Shown: in pieces, positions 22,701 to 30,399 of the stretch | How positions within the stretch are numbered: the first letter of the stretch is position 1 | Layout: each line of letters begins with the position of its first letter | From: a virus | Length of the DNA: 45,663 bases | IMG/VR virus record: IMGVR_UViG_3300048597_000147 | Coordinates: 1-45,663 of that record | Strand: one strand, 5' to 3' | Position numbers and translations under genes: made by a program | The notes under the pieces: model-generated | Told to the model about the DNA's origin: nothing | Databases searched by the model: none | What the model saw: only the letters and a program-made list of their open reading frames with translations

Positions 22701-23576
22701 TACATGATTGACGTGTACCAGGCAGAGAACGTGATTCTGCGTAGGAATGTCGCCATGTGGCGCAGTTGGGACGGTAAGAACTTCTGTGGTGTGTCATGGC
22801 CCAACGGAAACAACCTAGGACTCTACAACTCAAGCACGACCCTAGTAGAGAACAACATTGCCTATGGGCGGGCGCTGACCGGCATGTTCGCACAGGCCAA
22901 CGCCGACGCTGCGGTGGCAGTGGGAAATCGCTTCTTCGGCAATATCAGTGCCCTCATCGGCAGGGACTATGACAATACCCCATGGTTCTACGGAAGTGGG
23001 CAACTGCAACCGGAGGAACGTCCTGGACCCACTGTCAACCCCTACGGGGACCCTTGCCCGACCTCAATCACCAGATGGTCATGGGGCAACCAACAAGACG
23101 CCTACTCCCTATGGGGCCAGGGAGAAATCAGGGATAACGTGTTCAGGGATAACATCGGCCTAGACTCACAGGGCAGCGGCATGAACGCCACCGACCCATC
23201 CGGCACCCCCGGGAACAAGAGCAACAACGTCATGGACCGCTTTACCCTGCGCAGCACCGGGACCAACATCCCGGAATGGCAGAGCCGCAACTACGGGCCG
23301 AACCTACAGATTGCTATGGGGGGGGTATCCGCACCGACCAACAGCCTAATTCCCCTCTCTCCCTACCCGCTACAGGATGGGGCGAGACTGACAAACCGCT
23401 ACATCGATGGGGTCTACACCAGTACCCCCCTCAAGCCCTGGCCGATGGAACAGCGGGCGATGGCGGAAATGGGAGTATCCATTAACGCCATTATCGACAC
23501 GGCTGTAAACCGTGCAGCCGGCGGCAGCATGGCCTGGCCCATCCCCACGGGTGGCACACAACTAGGAGCTCCGTAA
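19692..23576 (+). CDS. 1,294-aa signal-peptide multidomain protein (Pro/Thr linkers; carbohydrate-binding-like, ConA/LamG-like and right-handed beta-helix domains)
   Basis: RRAIIPLLAVLLVLTLVGTVLAQ/S is a Sec-type leader. There are three PT-rich linkers. NWTELGITWDNSPRP...PPVVRIAY resembles DNRLRE-type modules. NTYYISTTGDDRNNGTSLAQAWGTFNRAWETLMPGDTLLIADGTYNQ is a pectate-lyase-fold N-cap. The start may be GTG 19713 (TAGTG overlap). Confidence 0.85.
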   Translation: MVEGPALVRRAIIPLLAVLLVLTLVGTVLAQSAEQGWTVIESGAEFQDGFVALEDVTVDGPLTLAGAMQFASLATLPDKPQAVTAGGIITVTGSLVTLDAQEVVTAGGLGGGSPGDIAILTNSGAYTVTVLGTALGPFDSVAMVYGGTEWLRVATITTASQPPTPTPIATNTPTQTPTNTPTQTPTQTPTFVPTPTNTSTPTPVPPAAQTGTYTTNVPMLQVYSGDPMLDYNNRTLIWGGTIQSTGFPMLRLAGAYDGFRMTWQFADNQVGTGDQATLQIGSVYSTTAPATGDPNGWEVGWRCGIDGGCRGWRAERRTTDWTFLGAGKTYTNTLGTTYPYTVTYRDFDNGSFTVQHIITGTLRFGLQDYSAKSVVGQVITTTVLSADASVGGGPDCGSDDYPDFFPTWGSRNEDGPTNYSARIHLGTHYQANIAQTQGDIADFPCYSKYAGQFPLPNIGSSVVNSATVTVYQFGNPGYGTGYEDDGTKETVVEVGEISPNWTELGITWDNSPRPRENISRTRFYPLPGTCSPTPYWYCVPPIPYELDITEIVKRAYANGQTHASFLAYTAAGQYHSGKFIWTREASGNPSWPPVVRIAYAAAGAPTPTPTTPPTATPTGVPGVLDDFNRTVLGTNWNGPGDATLGYTLNSNSLVMGGNKALLWQPATFGANQRVTVTLAYMDPAATHLGLALKANSTYTRMLEAEYVVGSGVRFWTLDPVWNASAFVSMTLAAGDVWSVEALDNGDLRTYKNGAYIGGRTITFSGNASGGMAGVYAWNSGASRVDNFNATDVGAPNPGATATPTPTNTPTPTGAPPTNTPTATPTMTPLPGTATPTPTPGPGNTYYISTTGDDRNNGTSLAQAWGTFNRAWETLMPGDTLLIADGTYNQSIAPNRRHGLPNARITIKAINDGQVVIDCNSAFECTPIQLGDNPGPGGPYGDYYLVEGIVAREGWLYNVLVKSQHNILRRISAYDTSTDRNSQSILIWNDYNVLEDSISAGTGRYMIDVYQAENVILRRNVAMWRSWDGKNFCGVSWPNGNNLGLYNSSTTLVENNIAYGRALTGMFAQANADAAVAVGNRFFGNISALIGRDYDNTPWFYGSGQLQPEERPGPTVNPYGDPCPTSITRWSWGNQQDAYSLWGQGEIRDNVFRDNIGLDSQGSGMNATDPSGTPGNKSNNVMDRFTLRSTGTNIPEWQSRNYGPNLQIAMGGVSAPTNSLIPLSPYPLQDGARLTNRYIDGVYTSTPLKPWPMEQRAMAEMGVSINAIIDTAVNRAAGGSMAWPIPTGGTQLGAP

Positions 23577-24241
23577 TGGGCGCACGACTGGCAGGTAACG
23601 CAGCGAATCATCTATCGGCAACTCTGTCCCCCACAGAGTTGACCCTATCCTTTTGGATGAAGCACCACACGGCCGGAGGATACCGCACCATCGTGGACCT
23701 CGCCGGTGCAGGGAACATCATCCTGTACGCCGACAGCAACAACAATCACTTCACACTGTACAAGGGAGGGCCGGAAACACTCGGCCCCACCCTTACCCTT
23801 GACCAGTGGTACTACGTCGCCGTCACGCAGACCGTGGGCGACGTGATGACCGTCTACCTTGACGCCGTGCAGCAAATCCAGGTGACGGCCGTCACGACGG
23901 CCGTGGGCGCCCTGCGCTTCGGCAGTAACACGGGATGGGGCGAACCGGGTGACATTACCATCGCCTATGCCCGTGCATGGTCCTCGGTCCTCTCCGCTGC
24001 GCAGCTTGCAGCGGAGAAGGACAGCACCACGCCCGTAGTCACGGCGGGACTGCTGGCCGACTGGCGCCTGGTGGACGGGAACATGCTGGCCGACAGTAGC
24101 GGCGCCAACAACCCGCTAATCCTGACAGGCACCGTCCCATGGGCTGCTGACCCAACGCTTAGTGGGGGAGGCGGGGGAGGCGGCAGCACAAGCCGTAAAG
24201 CAATCGTAGCCCCTCGGGGCAGTCGCTTATACCGGAGCTAG
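23576..24241 (+). CDS. LamG/concanavalin-A-like lectin-fold protein with a poly-Gly C-terminus
   Basis: LTLSFWMKHH...TIVDLAGAGNIILYADSNNNHFTLYKGG...WYYVAVTQT...TVYLDAV fits the LamG_3 pattern. TAATG overlap. Confidence 0.6.
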   Translation: MGARLAGNAANHLSATLSPTELTLSFWMKHHTAGGYRTIVDLAGAGNIILYADSNNNHFTLYKGGPETLGPTLTLDQWYYVAVTQTVGDVMTVYLDAVQQIQVTAVTTAVGALRFGSNTGWGEPGDITIAYARAWSSVLSAAQLAAEKDSTTPVVTAGLLADWRLVDGNMLADSSGANNPLILTGTVPWAADPTLSGGGGGGGSTSRKAIVAPRGSRLYRS

Positions 24242-24242
24242 G

Positions 24243-25097
24243 ATGAACTTCTCGATTGAACGCCAGCACCCGAGCGTGCTGGCAGTTCGCCATGCAATCT
24301 CGGCCGGATGGCAGCAGGAACATCTACTACTTGCTGACGTGCATTACGACTCGACGCACTGTAATCGCATCCTGCTAAAGAAGCTGCTGGACCAGGCAAA
24401 GGACAAGGGCGCCGGCATCTTCATTTGCGGGGACTGGAACGATGCAATGCAGGGCCGTGATGACCGCAGAGCGTCCAAGGATGACCTGCGAGGGGAGTAC
24501 AAGGTAGGTCATTACCTCGATGCGGTTGTAGACGATTCTACGGCCTTCTTGGAGCCATATCGTGACAATCTTCTTGGCATCGGGGACGGGAACCATGAGA
24601 CCTCAATCTTGCGCCACCATGAAACCAACGTACTCGGGCGCATCTGTCACGCTCTCAAGGTGCCCTATATGGGTTATGCGGGGTTCGTGCGCTGGATGTT
24701 CGCCTATGAGAAGGATGGTAAGCGTAGTGGTATGTCCTCGCTTCCAATGTGGTTCCACCATGGGGCAGGGGGCGGCGGCGAGGTAACGAAGGGAACCGCA
24801 CGGGCGCAGCGGGAAATGGGTCCAGTACCTGACGCCCGTATCTACATCGGGGGACACATTCATCGTTCCTGGCGCATTGACGATGCACGTATCAAGCTCA
24901 CCCAGGCGGGCAAGGTCACCACGGAGCGCACGCTGCACCTGTGCATCCCCACACTCAAAGACGAGTTCGACCTACGGGGAGGGTATCACGTCGAAAAGGG
25001 CCGCTGGCCCCGAGTGATAGGAGGGTACTGGTTGCGCTTCTGGCACGACAACATGAACGATGCACGGGTTGAGTTTGACGCAAGCCTGGCCCTATGA
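24243..25097 (+). CDS. Calcineurin-like metallophosphoesterase
   Basis: The ordered motifs ADVHYD, CGDWND, GDGNHE, HHG and GGHIH match D-x-H / GD-x-x-D / GNHE / H / GH-x-H. Confidence 0.85.
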   Translation: MNFSIERQHPSVLAVRHAISAGWQQEHLLLADVHYDSTHCNRILLKKLLDQAKDKGAGIFICGDWNDAMQGRDDRRASKDDLRGEYKVGHYLDAVVDDSTAFLEPYRDNLLGIGDGNHETSILRHHETNVLGRICHALKVPYMGYAGFVRWMFAYEKDGKRSGMSSLPMWFHHGAGGGGEVTKGTARAQREMGPVPDARIYIGGHIHRSWRIDDARIKLTQAGKVTTERTLHLCIPTLKDEFDLRGGYHVEKGRWPRVIGGYWLRFWHDNMNDARVEFDASLAL

Positions 25098-25318
25098 CGA
25101 TGGACCCCCGAGACAAAGACAGCTACATCGCAGACATTATCAGTGGATACTATCGCCTACTAGCGGCGATTGTCGATTTGGCCGAACATGACGCCAAGCT
25201 GGAACCCGAGAAGTACAAGAACCCGGACCAGCGGGCCGACGCCAGGAGAGCCAAGGAAGGCGCCGTCTGGTTCCTGGCCGACGTCGAAGAATACAGGCGC
25301 ACCCTCAGCGCAAGCTGA
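25094..25318 (+). CDS. Hypothetical helical protein (74 aa)
   Basis: ATGA overlap with the phosphoesterase gene. Its 3' end overlaps the convergent minus-strand gene by 14 nt. Confidence 0.55.
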   Translation: MTMDPRDKDSYIADIISGYYRLLAAIVDLAEHDAKLEPEKYKNPDQRADARRAKEGAVWFLADVEEYRRTLSAS

Positions 25319-25847
25319 TTCCCGCAAGGGCATACTGGAACACTTGCGGCCGGCGTTCCAGTATGTCCCGTTCCCACAAGTTGATAACCTTCTCGATGCG
25401 GATTCCTCCCACGGTCTGACCCGTCAGACGTAGGGCCGCTTCCGCATCCCGCAATCCCTTCGCCTTGGAACGGCCGTGCCAGTATTCGCCCTGAATCTGC
25501 CACGCCATCCCCCGGCCGCCGCCGAGGTCTACCACGAAGTCAGGGATGAGACCCCCGGCGCTGCCACGGCCCCCGGCGACTTGCGCCTGGTAGATGTGGC
25601 GCCAGCCGCCACGGTGCAGCCATTCCAGCGTGATAAGTTCGGGGACTGTCCCCGTTGGGTACTGTTCCTGCAACTGCAGAACCCGCTTTGCCAACTTCTC
25701 GTCACCTACTCTGCGGGTGAGTTCGGTCAGTTCAGTGTCAACCGGCTGCACGTCAAAGGCATCGGGGAAACCCTTGAAGATGGGAATGTCTCGCTTCCGC
25801 TTGCCCTTCTTGAACGGGTTCGAGAATCCCCGGGGCTTCTTGAACAC
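25305..25847 (-). CDS. Second Vsr/DUF559-like PD-(D/E)XK nuclease-fold protein, last gene of the virion operon
   Basis: ELITLEWL...LIPDFVVDLGGGRGMAWQIQGEYWHGRS...INLWERDI matches the E...D...(E/Q)xK-like core and the Vsr-like tail. TAGTG overlap with the upstream gene. Confidence 0.5.
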   Translation of the reverse strand: MFKKPRGFSNPFKKGKRKRDIPIFKGFPDAFDVQPVDTELTELTRRVGDEKLAKRVLQLQEQYPTGTVPELITLEWLHRGGWRHIYQAQVAGGRGSAGGLIPDFVVDLGGGRGMAWQIQGEYWHGRSKAKGLRDAEAALRLTGQTVGGIRIEKVINLWERDILERRPQVFQYALAGISLR

Positions 25848-28045
25848 TAGCTAACCTCCTCCAAGGTCAGCGTGTACACCCACTGAATATCAGGGCCTGC
25901 GGTCTCATGCACGTAACGGACAATCTGGCGTGTCGCCCCCGTGACCTTTACCCGATACTCCAAACCATCCACGTCGATGAAGCGCAGCGGGCCTACCTCC
26001 GCAATAAGTCCCTTCAAGTTGGCTACGACGGTCGCCGTGGGCAGCGGGTTCAATGAGCCATCGGGCATCTGCTGGTCATCATGCACGGCGATAGGCAGCA
26101 CCCAACGCCAGCGGTCGGTCAGCATGGAGGAGTATTTCAGGGCCACCCCACGCAGCACCATGGGCGTGTTCGGGCCGATGGATGTAATGCGCAAGCCCAG
26201 GCGCACCCACTTTCCCGTGGGGCGTTCCGCCCCGAAGTCGATGCTGCCGGCGACTGTCTCCCCGGCCCGACGCCACACGTCAGGCTGCGCCGAGTCCTGC
26301 CAGTAGACGGCGACGGAATAGCTGTTCCCCTCAATGTCCCATACGATACGGTCAAAGTCCTTCTCAACCGTCATGTAGCCGCCGTAGAACTTGTCATACT
26401 CTATCCACAGTTCCCGGCCGAGGCGCATGTTCGCAATCTCACGCACCGGGTTGACCACAGTTGCCGGGTAGTTCGTGCGGTGCAGCCAGTTGCTTTCACC
26501 GCCCCACCACAGGTGACCGTTCACGGGGTCTACTTCAATCCCGCCCCCGCCGATGTACTGCAATCCAAGGGAAAGGCAGTGCCAGCCCTCCACGTTGTAG
26601 GCCCACAGCGAACCGTAACCCGTCGTGCTGGCGGGGTCCATTGACATAAATAGGAAGTGCGCAGAAGGCTTGAGGGTGTAGATGTTGCCCCGAACGTCCT
26701 CGGGTAGTTCCTCCTCAGCGTTCGGGCCGATGTTCATTAGGGCGCCCGACTGGTCATAGCGAACGATGGTATTCGTCAGGGGGATGTATAAGGCACCTTC
26801 CCACGAACACATGCCCTGGCCGTTCTTGTCGCTGCGGTAGGGCCATTCCGCTACCTGCACGATGTAATCCCCATCGGCCAGCATGTACAGCCCGTCATCG
26901 CATGACAGGTAAATGTTCCCGCCCATGGTTCCAAAGCCCCGGACCTTGCTCCCGTAGCCGCCTACAGGCTGCACGTCGGTCCAGGTTGTCCCGTTGCTGG
27001 TGTAGGAGACCCCATTGCTGAATCGCCGCCACAGGAAGCCGTTCGCTACCAGGAACTCATTCACAGGGACTGCGGGGTAGTCTACTTGCGCCAGAGTCGC
27101 CGGGTCATAGGTCTTGTAACCCGCACCGTAGGCAAGCCAAATCAGGCCATCCAAGTAAATCGCCTGTTTGATGGCGGCAGCGCATGACACCAACTGAATC
27201 CCCGAGAGGTCATACAGGGCCGAGCCGATAGTGAAGTAGATACTGCTATCCTTGCGCACGATGTTGCTGACCGTGCCCGTCCCGCCCGTCACATCACGCA
27301 GTACCAGGTGAAACCCTACGCCCTGGCCGTTGGTGAGAACGCTGGTCCAGGAGGCCCCCCCGTTCGTGCTGCTGTTCCCGTTATTGACAGAGACTGGCGG
27401 CAGCCAGCACTTCCAAATGTCTGTCTCGTCCGTGGTCACGGCCAGGTGATACTTCGTGGCGCCGACGATGTTGTAAGAACTCAGGGGCAGCCGGACCCAA
27501 TGAGCGTGTGGCCGCTTCATGCTGCTGACTACGGCCCCGCTGGATAGGAGGGTGCCGGGCTTACCTGCGTTGTTGGCGTAGAGCCGCACGGAAATGGTCT
27601 TACCCTCTGGCACGTACATAAGCACCCACACTTGGGACAAGGCAGTTGCATAGTTCGTAGTGAACTCGCTGGACAGCCATGTACCACTGACGGGGCGCAA
27701 AGGCTGCGCCCCTGCGACGTTCTCAATCCCCGTGGACGTGTGCCGGACTGTGGCGGGGTAGTCCCAGGCAAACGGCATGGTCACCTGGTTCGAGAACCGG
27801 CCGTCACCGTGCATGAACAATGGGCCAGCCTCCGGGTCTTTGTGTCCGACGCCAGGCTTCCATTCTTTGAAGGTGAGGTCTGAGAACGTGTCGAGTTCGC
27901 TGTAGGGCCCACCCGTCGAAACACGGGCGGCGAACGGGTTTGCCGTGGCGCACTGGTAATGAGTAGGGTCTACGAGTGCGTAGTTCTGCAATTGAGGGTT
28001 AGCGTCAACAAGACGCCCGAGTTTGATATGTCCGGTCATGGTCAC
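25847..28045 (-). CDS. Large tail/particle protein (732 aa), repetitive beta-propeller-like
   Basis: Lies in the virion operon. It has recurring strand motifs (SIYFTIGSALYDL, GNIYLSCDDGLYML, GALYIPLTNTIVRY). No family recognised. Confidence 0.6.
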   Translation of the reverse strand: MTMTGHIKLGRLVDANPQLQNYALVDPTHYQCATANPFAARVSTGGPYSELDTFSDLTFKEWKPGVGHKDPEAGPLFMHGDGRFSNQVTMPFAWDYPATVRHTSTGIENVAGAQPLRPVSGTWLSSEFTTNYATALSQVWVLMYVPEGKTISVRLYANNAGKPGTLLSSGAVVSSMKRPHAHWVRLPLSSYNIVGATKYHLAVTTDETDIWKCWLPPVSVNNGNSSTNGGASWTSVLTNGQGVGFHLVLRDVTGGTGTVSNIVRKDSSIYFTIGSALYDLSGIQLVSCAAAIKQAIYLDGLIWLAYGAGYKTYDPATLAQVDYPAVPVNEFLVANGFLWRRFSNGVSYTSNGTTWTDVQPVGGYGSKVRGFGTMGGNIYLSCDDGLYMLADGDYIVQVAEWPYRSDKNGQGMCSWEGALYIPLTNTIVRYDQSGALMNIGPNAEEELPEDVRGNIYTLKPSAHFLFMSMDPASTTGYGSLWAYNVEGWHCLSLGLQYIGGGGIEVDPVNGHLWWGGESNWLHRTNYPATVVNPVREIANMRLGRELWIEYDKFYGGYMTVEKDFDRIVWDIEGNSYSVAVYWQDSAQPDVWRRAGETVAGSIDFGAERPTGKWVRLGLRITSIGPNTPMVLRGVALKYSSMLTDRWRWVLPIAVHDDQQMPDGSLNPLPTATVVANLKGLIAEVGPLRFIDVDGLEYRVKVTGATRQIVRYVHETAGPDIQWVYTLTLEEVS

Positions 28046-28908
28046 ATGAGGTATGGGGCGATGTCGATGCGTTGGCGCACGGGGCGATTAACAACCCAAC
28101 TACGCCAGAACTTATCAACCCGGGCCGAGTAGTATCCAATCATTTCCTGGTGGAGTTGGTTTTCTTTCGGGGCTGCGTTCCCGAGAAACAGTTCGTGCAG
28201 ATGTACGATGGCCTGGTCAATCAGCACCCGGTACAGTTCCATCTTCGGCATAGCGACACCCCACTTAACCGGAGTAGTCAGCACATGGCCGACCCCATTC
28301 GTACCGTTGGGGAATCCACGCACCATCCCAAAGAGCGTGACAGGAGCGCCGTAGTCTACGCCGGCGTACTGCATCCATTCGCTATCAATCTTCACCCATC
28401 CATAATCTGGAATGTCTGCGCCCCCGAGGATGGTCAGGGATGTGGCGGCGCCGTCAATGGTTGCGCTCAATGTGGGCACGCCGATGGGGACGGGCCCGTT
28501 GTGGCCCCACCAAACAAGACGCCCCTCAGATGAGTAGGGGGTAACATCGAATCTGAGGACCCGCTGATTGTCAGCGTTCGGTTCAATTCGCCATCCCGGA
28601 ATGTCAACCCAAGTCTCTGCACTGAGCCTGTACGATGTATACACATCGTAAGCGATTGACGCCTTCATCTGCGGCTGCAAGTTCTCAGAGGGGATGTAGT
28701 CGGGGAGGATGTATTCATACTGCCCCGCCTTCCACCCATCCTGAATTGTATGGATGTGAGGCACACGCACCCGGCCGTGCCAGGTCAGCAGGGCATCATT
28801 GATAGCCCCATACATTTCCTGGTCAGTCCAGCGTTCGCTGCTGTTATCCCGTACTCTCGCCCGCAAGTCTGCCAGGATGGTTACCTGGTCCCTCAGATAT
28901 ATTTCCAC
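28042..28908 (-). CDS. Putative head-tail adaptor/tail protein (288 aa)
   Basis: The N-terminus ILADLRARVRDNSSERWTDQEMYGAINDAL resembles gp6-like connector openings. WVKIDSEWMQYAGV...VRGFPNGT parallels the insertion motif in the capsid protein. Confidence 0.5.
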   Translation of the reverse strand: MEIYLRDQVTILADLRARVRDNSSERWTDQEMYGAINDALLTWHGRVRVPHIHTIQDGWKAGQYEYILPDYIPSENLQPQMKASIAYDVYTSYRLSAETWVDIPGWRIEPNADNQRVLRFDVTPYSSEGRLVWWGHNGPVPIGVPTLSATIDGAATSLTILGGADIPDYGWVKIDSEWMQYAGVDYGAPVTLFGMVRGFPNGTNGVGHVLTTPVKWGVAMPKMELYRVLIDQAIVHLHELFLGNAAPKENQLHQEMIGYYSARVDKFWRSWVVNRPVRQRIDIAPYLM

Positions 28909-28934
28909 GTTACCCCCTTCTCGGCCAGTTGCTT

Positions 28935-28951
28935 AGTTTGTGCTGCCTATA
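28935..28951 (+). repeat. 17-nt motif AGTTTGTGCTGCCTATA, copy 2
   Basis: Exact repeat of 18748-18764. It lies in the short intergenic gap upstream of the minus-strand gene starting at 28908, in the opposite orientation relative to the gene compared with copy 1. Confidence 0.8.
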
Positions 28952-28961
28952 GCCTCTCCTT

Positions 28962-29300
28962 TCACACAATCAGATAGTCCACGGTGTACCCGTGGGAGTT
29001 CGCACCCGACAGGTTCAGCACTAGCGCAGTGTTGGCAGGCAGTAGGCGAGGTTCCTTGAACTCACGAATGAAGTAATCGCCCTCGCCGGGCAGCAATACA
29101 CGCTCCTTGTTCACGGAACCATGCTTGACGATGGCCGTGGTCTTGGTTGCACTTTCGTTCTGTACCTTCACGTAAAACAACAGGATACTCTTGGCGGCGC
29201 CAGGCGCTGCAACAAGCGTGTTATCCCCCGACGTGGCCGCCGTACCTACCGCACTGAGGTAGGTAGGCTGCCCGATGATGTCACAATACAAATCGCCCAT
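28962..29300 (-). CDS. Hypothetical virion-module protein (112 aa)
   Basis: The start is set at ATG 29300, after GGGGG. It looks beta-rich. Confidence 0.5.
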   Translation of the reverse strand: MGDLYCDIIGQPTYLSAVGTAATSGDNTLVAAPGAAKSILLFYVKVQNESATKTTAIVKHGSVNKERVLLPGEGDYFIREFKEPRLLPANTALVLNLSGANSHGYTVDYLIV

Positions 29301-29307
29301 AAGCCCC

Positions 29308-29796
29308 CTAGTTGTCTGACTTCGCCATCTGATACCAGGAGACCCCATCACTAATCAAGGTCAGTGTATCGTTCTGGCCTAAGGCAGCGTTACCGGCCAG
29401 CTTGAGCGTGCCGGTGTCCGTAAACGTGACGGTGTTGGAGGGCGACAGGTTGACCAGAATCAACAGGTCACCGGGATTCCCTGCGGCGATGCTGCTGGTC
29501 CCCACGCTGGCCGTGGCCGTGATGGGCTGGAACGTCCCCAACGGGGTGACGGTACTGTTGGCCGTAACAGACAGCGTGCTTTGCTTCTCTGCCCGGAACC
29601 GTTGCGCCTGCACGTCGCCGCCGCTGCGCAGGTCGCCGGCGACTTGTGCGCTGCCATACACTCTTACATCACGTTGAAACCGCACAAGTGTGCTGAACTC
29701 GTAGTAACCTGCTGACCCACTCTGCGCCAATGCGACAGAGCCGGTCAGCAGGAGACCAACGATAGTCAGCAACAGGGAGCGAGTCGCCCGCTGCAT
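29308..29796 (-). CDS. Signal-peptide protein (162 aa), paralogous to the N-terminal domain of the 1,294-aa protein
   Basis: MQRATRSLLLTIVGLLLTGSVALAQ/S is a leader. AAGNPGDLLILVNLSPSNTVTF...ALGQNDTLTL..DGVSWYQMA aligns with GGGSPGDIAILTNSGAYTVTV...ALGPFDSVAMVYGGTEWLRVA. Confidence 0.65.
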   Translation of the reverse strand: MQRATRSLLLTIVGLLLTGSVALAQSGSAGYYEFSTLVRFQRDVRVYGSAQVAGDLRSGGDVQAQRFRAEKQSTLSVTANSTVTPLGTFQPITATASVGTSSIAAGNPGDLLILVNLSPSNTVTFTDTGTLKLAGNAALGQNDTLTLISDGVSWYQMAKSDN

Positions 29797-29805
29797 CTGA
29801 CCCTC

Positions 29806-30390
29806 CTAGTAGTAGTAGAAAATCTTCACCGTGCAGGCGCCCGCGGTCACGGCAGTGAAGTCACTGTCCGAGGTCAAGGTAAGCCGGACGGTCTGTTCCG
29901 TCGTGTGAACCTGCGTGCCCGATGGGGTTCCGCCGTCGAGGGCCGCAACGTTAGCGAACACGTTGAACCCGGCCGTAGCGTTGTAGCGGTCATCATCGGT
30001 CGCAGTGCCCACGTCGAGGACGGCAGACACGTTTCCGGCGAATCCCACCACATCGGCGACAAGCACACGGGCAACCCAGGCGCCGACCGGAATCTTCTGC
30101 GCCAGGTCGAGCGTGCCAACTGCGGCGCCACCATCCGTGAACTCCTTGAAGCTGACACGCTCAATGATGGTGAACATGGCCCCAAGTGCAGCCCAATCGG
30201 ACGCATGGCCCGCATCTTCAAACTTCTGCCAGGTCCGGGGTTCGCTGCCAGTCTGGACGTACAGACTCCCGACCGGAGCCTGCACGAACGGGTAGGCAGC
30301 CCCACGGGGCGCCTCCCGTCCGTACCAGATGGAGGGAGCCGGACCATTGACGCTCGACTCGTAGAATCGAGCCTCTGGTTCCAGGTGCAT
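29806..30390 (-). CDS. Hypothetical head-associated protein (194 aa; decoration candidate by position)
   Basis: Lies immediately downstream of the capsid gene. AGGAGG RBS. Confidence 0.55.
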   Translation of the reverse strand: MHLEPEARFYESSVNGPAPSIWYGREAPRGAAYPFVQAPVGSLYVQTGSEPRTWQKFEDAGHASDWAALGAMFTIIERVSFKEFTDGGAAVGTLDLAQKIPVGAWVARVLVADVVGFAGNVSAVLDVGTATDDDRYNATAGFNVFANVAALDGGTPSGTQVHTTEQTVRLTLTSDSDFTAVTAGACTVKIFYYY

Positions 30391-30399
30391 AGGTTCCTC

